IMG/VR virus record: IMGVR_UViG_3300042891_001180
From: a virus
Reading direction: 5' to 3' (one strand)
Length of the DNA: 64,000 nucleotides
Shown: positions 57,143-64,000 of the stretch, in pieces
Position numbering within the stretch: position 1 is the first letter of the stretch
Layout of the letters: each line of letters opens with the position of its first letter
The notes under the pieces: generated by a model
Database searches by the model: none
Told to the model about the DNA's origin: nothing
The model's input: the letters and a program-made list of their open reading frames with translations, nothing else
Made by a program: the position numbers and the translations under genes

Positions 57143-57913
57143 TTATTTATCACAAATATCTTCGTATCTAATCTTAGCCAATATATAGTCTTTAACTAAA
57201 GAACTTCTCACAATATCAGCCGCTTCAAATTCTATTTTAGTAAACGCGCCCATGTGATAGGCAATATCAAAAAACTTAAGAATACCACTCACATCTGTCT
57301 TCTTCTTATTTAAGTCCGTTTGTCTATAGTCCCCACACCATATAATCTTCGATCTATAACCTACACGGGTCATAACAGTATCAATCTCTTCAAAGTTCAT
57401 ATTCTGCATCTCATCGACAATAATAATTGCATCGTCAAATGACATACCACGAATAAAAGAAGTTGAAATAAATTCAATATGACCTTGTTCGGCTAACCTA
57501 TCGTATGCATCTTTTCTATCAAACAAGGTAGCGCAAATTTGACGATATGGTTGTTGATATATATCCAACTTCTCGTCGATGTCACCAGGTAGGTGACCCA
57601 TCTCCCTGGACTGTACTGCCGAACGAACTATAATAATTTTATTAAAAGGATTTGTCTTATCTAATACTTCTTCTAAAGCTTTGTATACTGCGATAAATGT
57701 TTTTCCTGTACCTGCAACTCCGTGAAGAGCTAAGAAGTAATCGCCTCTTTTATATGCGTCGTAAAATAGCCTTTGATTATCTGTTAACGGATCAAATGAT
57801 TTTAGATGATCTATTTTTAATCTAAGTGCATTTGTTTGTTGAATTTTTGAACTTGTGTGTCTTTCCTCGGTATCGTGAACAATAGGAAGTTTCGCAGCTC
57901 TTTTAGTAGACAT
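57143..57913 (-). CDS. phoH: PhoH-family ATPase
   Basis: GVAGTGKT, GHLPG, SFIRG.SF, IVDEMQN, TRVG, GD..QTDL, DIVRS.LV. Confidence 0.95.
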   Translation of the reverse strand: MSTKRAAKLPIVHDTEERHTSSKIQQTNALRLKIDHLKSFDPLTDNQRLFYDAYKRGDYFLALHGVAGTGKTFIAVYKALEEVLDKTNPFNKIIIVRSAVQSREMGHLPGDIDEKLDIYQQPYRQICATLFDRKDAYDRLAEQGHIEFISTSFIRGMSFDDAIIIVDEMQNMNFEEIDTVMTRVGYRSKIIWCGDYRQTDLNKKKTDVSGILKFFDIAYHMGAFTKIEFEAADIVRSSLVKDYILAKIRYEDICDK

Positions 57914-57931
57914 GTTTCCCCTTAAGAAAAT

Positions 57932-57964
57932 AAAAAAGGACTACAGTATTACCTGTAATCCTTT
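57932..57964 (-). terminator. Rho-independent terminator
   Basis: AAAGGATTACAG-N6-CTGTAGTCCTTTTTT. Confidence 0.75.
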
Positions 57965-57995
57965 ACGTTAAGTTATATAACAAAGATACCCAGAA

Positions 57996-58241
57996 TCATT
58001 TTCTGGATAATTTATCCGCCAAGTTACTTTTATAATTTGCGGCATGAATCTTAGACAAAACTTCATTAAAGCCTTGATCAGGTTTTCTAATTCCTAATCT
58101 AACAGAATCACCCATGGCAGGGGCGCCCATGATGACCTCTAGATTAGGATTCTCTTTTAAGTATTCTTCACGGGAATCCCATGACATAATCTTATCAAAA
58201 ATCTCTTCATTATCTTTATTGCGAAATGTATATGTTGGCAT
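57996..58241 (-). CDS. FmdB-like small protein lacking Cys ligands
   Basis: MPTYTF.N....E, YL.ENP, GF.EVL.KI. Confidence 0.7.
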   Translation of the reverse strand: MPTYTFRNKDNEEIFDKIMSWDSREEYLKENPNLEVIMGAPAMGDSVRLGIRKPDQGFNEVLSKIHAANYKSNLADKLSRK

Positions 58242-58249
58242 ATTTTTAT

Positions 58250-58462
58250 TTATACAAATTCAGGTGGCGATTCAAAGAGATGATCAATAGAATGTACGTC
58301 AAAAGTATTCTCAGGATTAATCTCCAGCATCTTACCCTTTGCTACTTCAATATCTTCAATAGAATCGTATACGCCAACGTGTGATGTCTTTTTAATACGG
58401 TTCATCTTATCCCGTACCTGCATCTCTAGATTATAAACTGTATGCATTTTAGTTAATATCAC
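58250..58462 (-). CDS. Hypothetical protein
   Basis: ORF in operon. Confidence 0.6.
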   Translation of the reverse strand: MILTKMHTVYNLEMQVRDKMNRIKKTSHVGVYDSIEDIEVAKGKMLEINPENTFDVHSIDHLFESPPEFV

Positions 58463-58724
58463 CTAGGGTAGTTTCCCCAGTCAGTTGCTCATACATAGTT
58501 TCAAATTCCTCATGCTCGGCGACCTCCTTAGAGAAGTTTTGCTTATGATAAACTTTGGCAAGTCTACGAAACGTTTTTTTACTCATTTCGTATTCTTCAC
58601 AAATATTATCGATAGCTTCTTTAATAAAATCTCGTTCACCATCAATACGTGCCATAGATGCAGATAACTCATCCATACATTTCTTAATAGCTTTACGGGC
58701 GGCGGGATCAGAAGGCAAACTCAT
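58449..58724 (-). CDS. dsbA: dsDNA-binding protein (T4 DsbA-like)
   Basis: E.S.SM.RI..E...IK, LAK.YHKQN......E..E.E..Y. Confidence 0.75.
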   Translation of the reverse strand: MSLPSDPAARKAIKKCMDELSASMARIDGERDFIKEAIDNICEEYEMSKKTFRRLAKVYHKQNFSKEVAEHEEFETMYEQLTGETTLGDIN

Positions 58725-59104
58725 TATAAACTCCTTAGTTTCAATTCTTCTTTAAAAGATTCTTTATATGCCGGGTGCATTGACGGTACATTCTCAAGAC
58801 ATGCACATATATGTTCAGTACTCATGTCTTTTAGTAAAATATAGGTTAACGGTTCATTACCGTCTTTCCCGTATGTACCCCACTTGACTACTTCACGTAT
58901 TTTATCATGACCGTCAGTAATATAAACGCTTAATTCCTCGTACGGGGCATCAGCGTGAACATTACGTCTGACATATTCTAGTCCCCCATCTACCATATAC
59001 TCTTTACCGTTTTTATCTACGTAGACATTATAGTCATGTCTATGCATAGACTCTAGTACGGTACCATCAGGGGTACGGATTGCATTATATACTAATGTAC
59101 TCAT
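58724..59104 (-). CDS. Conserved hypothetical protein
   Basis: TPDGT.L.S.HRHDY, VDGG..Y.RR, WGTYGK.G. Confidence 0.75.
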   Translation of the reverse strand: MSTLVYNAIRTPDGTVLESMHRHDYNVYVDKNGKEYMVDGGLEYVRRNVHADAPYEELSVYITDGHDKIREVVKWGTYGKDGNEPLTYILLKDMSTEHICACLENVPSMHPAYKESFKEELKLRSL

Positions 59105-59105
59105 T

Positions 59106-59459
59106 TTATCTTCTCATCTGCGATACATCAACTGCGTTATCGTCACTAAAGATAGGTACAAGGTTAGACTTATGCATCGTAGCAACACCCAGCATCTTAT
59201 CGCCCGTATAACGCATAACAGTCTTACCGGTATTAACAGCACCCTTATGCCCGGTATCTAAACTAGGATAGCGAATAGTTTCGCGAATATAAGGCGTATA
59301 AACAGTTCCAGGTAATTTTATCATATTAGGAGTAGGCTTTTTCTTAACCTTACCTTCAGGTTTAATATCGTATTTCGCACACCACTTAGCATACGCCTCG
59401 CGCTCGGCTTTAGGCATAGTCTTAGGTTTAACTTTAGATTTAGTATTAGAATAGATCAT
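59106..59459 (-). CDS. Conserved basic hypothetical protein
   Basis: YTG.K..G.ATMHKSNLVP.F...A...S.MRR. Confidence 0.75.
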   Translation of the reverse strand: MIYSNTKSKVKPKTMPKAEREAYAKWCAKYDIKPEGKVKKKPTPNMIKLPGTVYTPYIRETIRYPSLDTGHKGAVNTGKTVMRYTGDKMLGVATMHKSNLVPIFSDDNAVDVSQMRR

Positions 59460-59465
59460 AATATA

Positions 59466-59493
59466 ATTATATAATAACTAGAGAAAAAATCAA
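59466..59493 (-). promoter_or_regulatory. Sigma70-type promoter, probably leaderless
   Basis: TTGATT-16 nt-TATAAT; ATG follows 6 nt after the -10 box. Confidence 0.55.
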
Positions 59494-59639
59494 CTCTTAC
59501 GGGGCTGCCGTAACCTTACCTGCCTTACGTCATAGAATCTCTCTGGTTCAGGTAAGTCGTTACTTACTGACCAAGGACTTGGTTTAGGTTTTTCGAAACG
59601 CTTAAGTAACCATACCCAAAGAGATTTTATTCTAAAGGG
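59490..59639 (-). other. Candidate -1 frameshift cassette with a 47-codon extension
   Basis: C CCT TTA heptamer; 11-bp long-range stem 6 nt downstream; open -1 frame with no start codon. Confidence 0.6.
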
Positions 59640-60106
59640 ACTGATTCGTCCTTCTTTTCTGCTTTTTCTTTAACCGGTTTAGGAGTTAATGCTAGGGGAA
59701 AAGCTTCTCTTACAATATCTTCTTTTAGAGACTTATACTTAGTATGTAACTTACGGTCTTTAGCCAGACAAAGTGCTTCGGCCTCCGTCCAATGAATACC
59801 TTCAAGCATATTTACAAACAGAGACTCTTTTTTAAGCTTAGGTAAAGTAGTCCTAGGATCTAACCAAACATAGAAACGTCTAAGTTCTAACTGAAGAGAG
59901 GATTCATTATATCCAATCGGCTTATCAGTATCTTTCCTGAACGGAGGCTCACCATCAGGTAAGTCCATCTTAAGCATATGATCGTAGTTAAGACGAAGCA
60001 AAACTAACAACGGATCAGTTACGTTGTTTTGTAAGACTGCGATCTTTTCTTCTCGTGTCTTAGCTACTTCAAATTTATCTAAAATTTCGGATACTAGTAG
60101 GTGCAT
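59627..60106 (-). CDS. Conserved T4-like protein downstream of rnh (DUF6433-like)
   Basis: EIL......K...EK...L, LP.G.PP, K.E.LF..MLEG.H..EAE.L...KD. Confidence 0.8.
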   Translation of the reverse strand: MHLLVSEILDKFEVAKTREEKIAVLQNNVTDPLLVLLRLNYDHMLKMDLPDGEPPFRKDTDKPIGYNESSLQLELRRFYVWLDPRTTLPKLKKESLFVNMLEGIHWTEAEALCLAKDRKLHTKYKSLKEDIVREAFPLALTPKPVKEKAEKKDESVPLE

Positions 60107-60990
60107 TAAAACTCCTGGATATGTTCAATCATCTGTTTCATTCTATTAGTCATAAAATAGTCAAGCAACAGGCCTTTATCCTTAACGGGATATGTCGTAA
60201 ATGTATTTATAATCTCTTCTTGAATGTGTTTAGGAATCATAGATAAATCAACTAAAGTAGCATTACGATGATAGTTACGTCTCTCCTCTTCCGTATTGCA
60301 TGCGATAAACCCGTTATCAAAGAATTCCTGAAGTCGTTTAGATGTAACAGACTTCTGTCTCTCCCCGCTTACAATAGCATCATCAGCAGTTAAGATATTA
60401 GGTACCCCGTCACCTTTATCACCCTTAACAATATGCTCCATTAAAATCTCATGAATACTGGCTTCAGGTTTAATAAACTTCTTTAGTGCAGGAGAGAACT
60501 GTTTTACATGCTTATACTTCTGTAACTGATTAAAGTCATGGTCACCGGAAATAATAAGGAACGGGTTAGGTTCAGACATTAACGTGCCTTCTTTAACATC
60601 GTTCTCTACTGACCAGTAAACTAAAGTTGCAATTACATCATCAGCTTCTGCACCTTCAATTTCAATAACTCTATACGGGAAGATAGCTTTTAATTCTTCT
60701 TTAATTAAATTAATAGAGTCAAAAATTAAAGGCCAGTTAAAGCCAGAATCTTCTCTGGCTTTCTTACGATTAGCTTTGTAATAGGGAAACACTTCCTTAC
60801 GCCAGTACTTACGGCTATCACAAGCAATAACTACCTCTCCGAATTCCTTACCGAACTTAACCTTATGGCTTCGAATGGTATTAATTACCATATGGCGAAG
60901 TAAATTTACGTCAAGCTCTACATCGGTTCTATTACCAATCTCAGCCATTAAATTAGAGATAATAGTCTGAGAATAGTCAATAACAATCAT
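60106..60990 (-). CDS. rnh: RNase H / 5'-3' exonuclease
   Basis: YWRK..FPYYKA.RK, EADD.IA, ISGD.DF.QL, GDKGDGVPN. Confidence 0.95.
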   Translation of the reverse strand: MIVIDYSQTIISNLMAEIGNRTDVELDVNLLRHMVINTIRSHKVKFGKEFGEVVIACDSRKYWRKEVFPYYKANRKKAREDSGFNWPLIFDSINLIKEELKAIFPYRVIEIEGAEADDVIATLVYWSVENDVKEGTLMSEPNPFLIISGDHDFNQLQKYKHVKQFSPALKKFIKPEASIHEILMEHIVKGDKGDGVPNILTADDAIVSGERQKSVTSKRLQEFFDNGFIACNTEEERRNYHRNATLVDLSMIPKHIQEEIINTFTTYPVKDKGLLLDYFMTNRMKQMIEHIQEF

Positions 60991-62045
60991 TTAATAACTC
61001 TCACAATAATACATTCATCGTTGATACGACCAGTTACATCGTACCCCTTGGTTGTGAGATCGGAGAGAAGCTTACGCAACTTCACCTTACTGGCATCTAG
61101 TAATACTTTAAGGAACGCTTCCGGGCGACGAATAGAACGACACTCACTCATATCCGGATCATAGTTCTGTAAGGTAGAACCTTTTACCTGAATGCCTTGT
61201 ACAGAGTCTGAACGATAGGCAGCCAATCTCTTATACTTAACATTATATACCCATACCTGGGAGGCTCCAACCATCTCTGAAGGATTAACTGACTTAATAC
61301 CCAGTTCAGTATCTTCTTTCTTAAACTTAATCCTAGCCACTTGAACGGCAGGGGGCTTAGCCTTGGTAACTCTAGGTTTACGATTAGCTTTCTTAAACTG
61401 CGTATACTTCTCTAGATCCACAATAAACGCACCAAACATTTTAACCAGATTAGCCTGTTGGCGACGACTGATATTCGAATATCCGTCCTTAACCTCTTTA
61501 TCTGTAGTCTTATAAACTTCGGTAAATTCCATACCGCGTTTACGAGCCCACTCGTCAATATCCTTACAGTAAGGCTTAGGAATAGAGTTAGCTTGGAGAT
61601 AATTATAGAGATCAAACTCTTTATCTTCTTTAAGAAAGGCATCTACGTGACCTTCTAGTTCACCGATTACCTCTGCAATCTTATCTTGCATATAATCACG
61701 TACCGAGAGGCGCGGCGTTTTATCTACTACAACTTTAATGACTTGCTTAGTAGTACTAAGATTAGTAATATAGCTATCTAGATCTTCATTATGACGTTCT
61801 AGTAGTGTATTGCCGTTTAATACTAAGCGCGATAACCAGCCATACGTTAGAATAATATTACTATCAGATACTTCGTCAATATCGACAGCCATACCTTTAT
61901 GCTTAATATAAGTCTTTAAATATAACCGTGCATCTTTCTTATCTTTATCTTGATTATAAAAATTAAAGGCACGGGATAGAGCCGACTTATAATTAGTTAA
62001 CTCCGGAGTAATACCATGAGGTTCCGTTACAGTAATTCTACTCAT
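60987..62045 (-). CDS. Conserved T4-like hypothetical protein
   Basis: 352 aa; VGA..VWVYN.K, VKGSTL, GRIN...II. Confidence 0.75.
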   Translation of the reverse strand: MSRITVTEPHGITPELTNYKSALSRAFNFYNQDKDKKDARLYLKTYIKHKGMAVDIDEVSDSNIILTYGWLSRLVLNGNTLLERHNEDLDSYITNLSTTKQVIKVVVDKTPRLSVRDYMQDKIAEVIGELEGHVDAFLKEDKEFDLYNYLQANSIPKPYCKDIDEWARKRGMEFTEVYKTTDKEVKDGYSNISRRQQANLVKMFGAFIVDLEKYTQFKKANRKPRVTKAKPPAVQVARIKFKKEDTELGIKSVNPSEMVGASQVWVYNVKYKRLAAYRSDSVQGIQVKGSTLQNYDPDMSECRSIRRPEAFLKVLLDASKVKLRKLLSDLTTKGYDVTGRINDECIIVRVIK

Positions 62046-62368
62046 CGACCTTCCCCTAGGTTAAATCTAATTTCAGTAATAGCATCATAACGGAACGATC
62101 GCCATTCTTTCTTATCGATATCATAAACCGGGCAAGTATCTTCACTTACTGTTTTAACTCGATCAGTTTTTTTTTCATAATCTAACGTCTTACCTTCTTG
62201 CAAGGTACAATTCATAATACGAATAGATCCATCTTTTTTACGAAAATGAACATTAACGTAATGCATACGCAATACCCCACCTAACCATTCACGAAATACT
62301 TTTCGCTCGTCTTCGTTTGCATTAGTATAGTAAGTAGGTTCGTAAGCGCGAGTTTCAACTTGACTCAT
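62042..62368 (-). CDS. WYL-like / SH3-fold protein
   Basis: V.F.KKDG..R.M.CTL, VYD....WRSFR. Confidence 0.75.
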   Translation of the reverse strand: MSQVETRAYEPTYYTNANEDERKVFREWLGGVLRMHYVNVHFRKKDGSIRIMNCTLQEGKTLDYEKKTDRVKTVSEDTCPVYDIDKKEWRSFRYDAITEIRFNLGEGR

Positions 62369-62370
62369 AA

Positions 62371-62694
62371 TTAACTTCCAGTTCTTAAAAATAACGTCTT
62401 ACCATCAGTAGACTTTTGAAAGTCTTCGATAAAGACATGGTGCTTATCTTCAGATTCAATTATAGCTTTATCTGCGGCAGACCACAAGTCCCACCACTTA
62501 AGGTTACCACTAGGTAATGGAATAGATACTGCTCGCTCATGACCCCAATGATCTTTATAAACGAGAGTCTCAGCATTAAAGCCAGAAGGATCGTAAATAT
62601 TACTTACTTCATAGATAGACCAAATAGACCTAAAACTTGCATCGTCTTTAATCTTATCAAAGTAACTAAACTTAACATCAAAATCATCAGTCAT
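62371..62694 (-). CDS. Hypothetical protein
   Basis: AAGGAG RBS and its own promoter. Confidence 0.75.
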   Translation of the reverse strand: MTDDFDVKFSYFDKIKDDASFRSIWSIYEVSNIYDPSGFNAETLVYKDHWGHERAVSIPLPSGNLKWWDLWSAADKAIIESEDKHHVFIEDFQKSTDGKTLFLRTGS

Positions 62695-62715
62695 ATAATC
62701 TCCTTAACATACGTT

Positions 62716-62744
62716 ATTATATGCTAAAACCGAGTTACGGTCAA
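62716..62744 (-). promoter_or_regulatory. Sigma70-type early promoter
   Basis: TTGACC-17 nt-TATAAT. Confidence 0.75.
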
Positions 62745-63151
62745 GCGTTACGTAACGGTCTAAGATGTGACTTATTTACTTTACATTGAATCCAAGAATT
62801 ATACCAGGCATTACTGTCCTCTAGAACAGCATGTAACATTTGCTCCTTGGCTTCCAAGTAGTTAGTTACACCTTTAGATGGGCACAGATGAATTATTGTG
62901 CGCTTGAAATTGTGCTCACCGATGTTTGCGATATCGGTTTTGAGCTCATCAGAAGACGACCAATACGTCTTCCAGTCTGACTCAACTTTGTACGATTTAC
63001 GTTTCTTATTAACTTGCTTTCGCTTGATAGACCAGAAAAACTTCTTCCCGATGTACTTCCTACCAGATAACAAGTTTTCGATGATATAGACAAATCCATA
63101 ATATTCTCCAGGTTCATAATAAGGTTCACCATTGTATAGCCAATCGGTCAT
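62741..63151 (-). CDS. GIY-YIG-like nuclease (catalytic domain only)
   Basis: GFVY.I.N...GRKYIGKK, Y.SSS..L, F.R.I, YN. Confidence 0.75.
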   Translation of the reverse strand: MTDWLYNGEPYYEPGEYYGFVYIIENLLSGRKYIGKKFFWSIKRKQVNKKRKSYKVESDWKTYWSSSDELKTDIANIGEHNFKRTIIHLCPSKGVTNYLEAKEQMLHAVLEDSNAWYNSWIQCKVNKSHLRPLRNA

Positions 63152-63300
63152 TCGTAATCGTCCGATTCTTCTTCCTCTTCATTATCAATTTCACCACCGC
63201 AGAACGGGCAAAAGTTTACTTCAAAATAAGACTCATCAAGAGAATGTTTTAATTTAAAATCTGCTTCACAACTGGTGCAGTTATAATGGTTATTTGCCAA
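63148..63300 (-). CDS. Small Zn-ribbon protein with acidic tail (50 aa)
   Basis: Absent from the ORF track. TTG start after GAGG; MANNHYNCTSCEADF...FCPFCGGEIDNEEEEESDDYE. Confidence 0.75.
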   Translation of the reverse strand: MANNHYNCTSCEADFKLKHSLDESYFEVNFCPFCGGEIDNEEEEESDDYE

Positions 63301-63727
63301 TTTGTTTTACCTCTACGTTACATTTTTGTAGGAATTGAATTCCATCTTCACTACGATATGTATCCCGATAAAATACCGATTTAATTCCAGATTGATATAT
63401 TAACTTTGCACATTCCAGGCATGGTGCATGAGTTACAAAAAGATCAGCACTATCGGTTGAATTAGATGATCTAGACACTTTAGCAATCGCGTTTGTTTCT
63501 GCATGAAGTACTTCGGGCTTAGACTTCATAAGTACCGTACCAGTGAAGTCTTTATGACCAACCGTCTCACATACATTATCCCACCCCGAAGGCATGCCAT
63601 TGTAACCAATACCGATAATGGTATTATCTTTTACAATGACACAACCGACCTGGAGTCGCACTGCGGTAGAGAGCTCAGCATAAACCTGAGCTGCCTTCAT
63701 GTGCGCAATAATATATTTTTCTTTCAA
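63290..63727 (-). CDS. cd: dCMP deaminase
   Basis: VGCVIV, GYNG.P, HAETNAI, PCLECAK. Confidence 0.92.
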   Translation of the reverse strand: MKEKYIIAHMKAAQVYAELSTAVRLQVGCVIVKDNTIIGIGYNGMPSGWDNVCETVGHKDFTGTVLMKSKPEVLHAETNAIAKVSRSSNSTDSADLFVTHAPCLECAKLIYQSGIKSVFYRDTYRSEDGIQFLQKCNVEVKQIGK

Positions 63728-63999
63728 GCAGCTCTACCCCAGACATCATCCCAAGAGCCGGTGTGAGCGGCTTTAGCGTAATCGGTTGCTCTATTCTCAA
63801 AAAAGTTAGTATGAGTAGGAGCGTTAATCATCTCTTCAACCCAGGGTAATGGGTTTCTCTTGACCTTCATAATTCCCTTAAGACCAAGGCTAATAAGGCG
63901 ACGATCAGTAATATAGCGGATGTAACGTTTAACGTCAACAGCGTCCAAACCATCCATGCCGCCCATGCTGAATGCCAGATCAATAAACCTGTCTTCGAG
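63724..63999 (-). CDS. nrdB: Ribonucleotide reductase class Ia beta subunit, C-terminal part (5' end off window)
   Basis: YIRYITDRRL..LG, NPLPW, HTNFFENRATDY. Confidence 0.9.
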   Translation of the reverse strand, partial: LEDRFIDLAFSMGGMDGLDAVDVKRYIRYITDRRLISLGLKGIMKVKRNPLPWVEEMINAPTHTNFFENRATDYAKAAHTGSWDDVWGRAA

Positions 64000-64000
64000 T

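Noticed and set aside
62741-63151. GIY-YIG protein as a mobile homing endonuclease or intron
   Set aside because: Only 136 aa with no DNA-binding extension, interrupts no gene and is coupled within the operon
1-64000. Alternative genetic code
   Set aside because: Core genes are full length under the standard code, and TAA, TAG and TGA all serve as stops

Overview
A 64 kb segment of a large T4-like myophage genome, mostly on the minus strand. The host is probably a freshwater Proteobacterium, inferred only from the gene set and the tmRNA tag ANDSKFALAA. Left to right: tail sheath (truncated), terminase, neck genes gp15/14/13; about 20 kb of repeat-built tail-fibre/adhesin genes with a sulfotransferase and a 2OG-Fe(II) oxygenase embedded; a split VrlC-like structural gene; baseplate genes gp8/7/6/25, PAAR, split gp5, hub, gp53, gp48; a plus-strand block (gp4, gp2, gp54-like, gp26, gp51, holin-like, tape measure); then gp32, gp59, gp33, SleB hydrolase, exonuclease, GH19 endolysin, PhoH, DsbA, RNase H, dCMP deaminase and nrdB (truncated). 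Main unexplained signals: (1) a circularly permuted two-piece tmRNA whose intervening segment encodes a CCGxxCxxCVW domain within an ORF running through both tRNA-like halves; (2) two candidate -1 programmed frameshifts sharing one architecture (SD-like AAGGA, slippery heptamer, 6-nt spacer, long-range stem), at gp26/gp51 and at the ORF downstream of rnh; (3) a 50-bp palindromic element present twice, 50 kb apart; (4) fibre-tip genes co-transcribed with modifying enzymes; (5) gp5 split genetically near where T4 gp5 is cleaved proteolytically. All assignments come from manual motif recognition; no searches were run.
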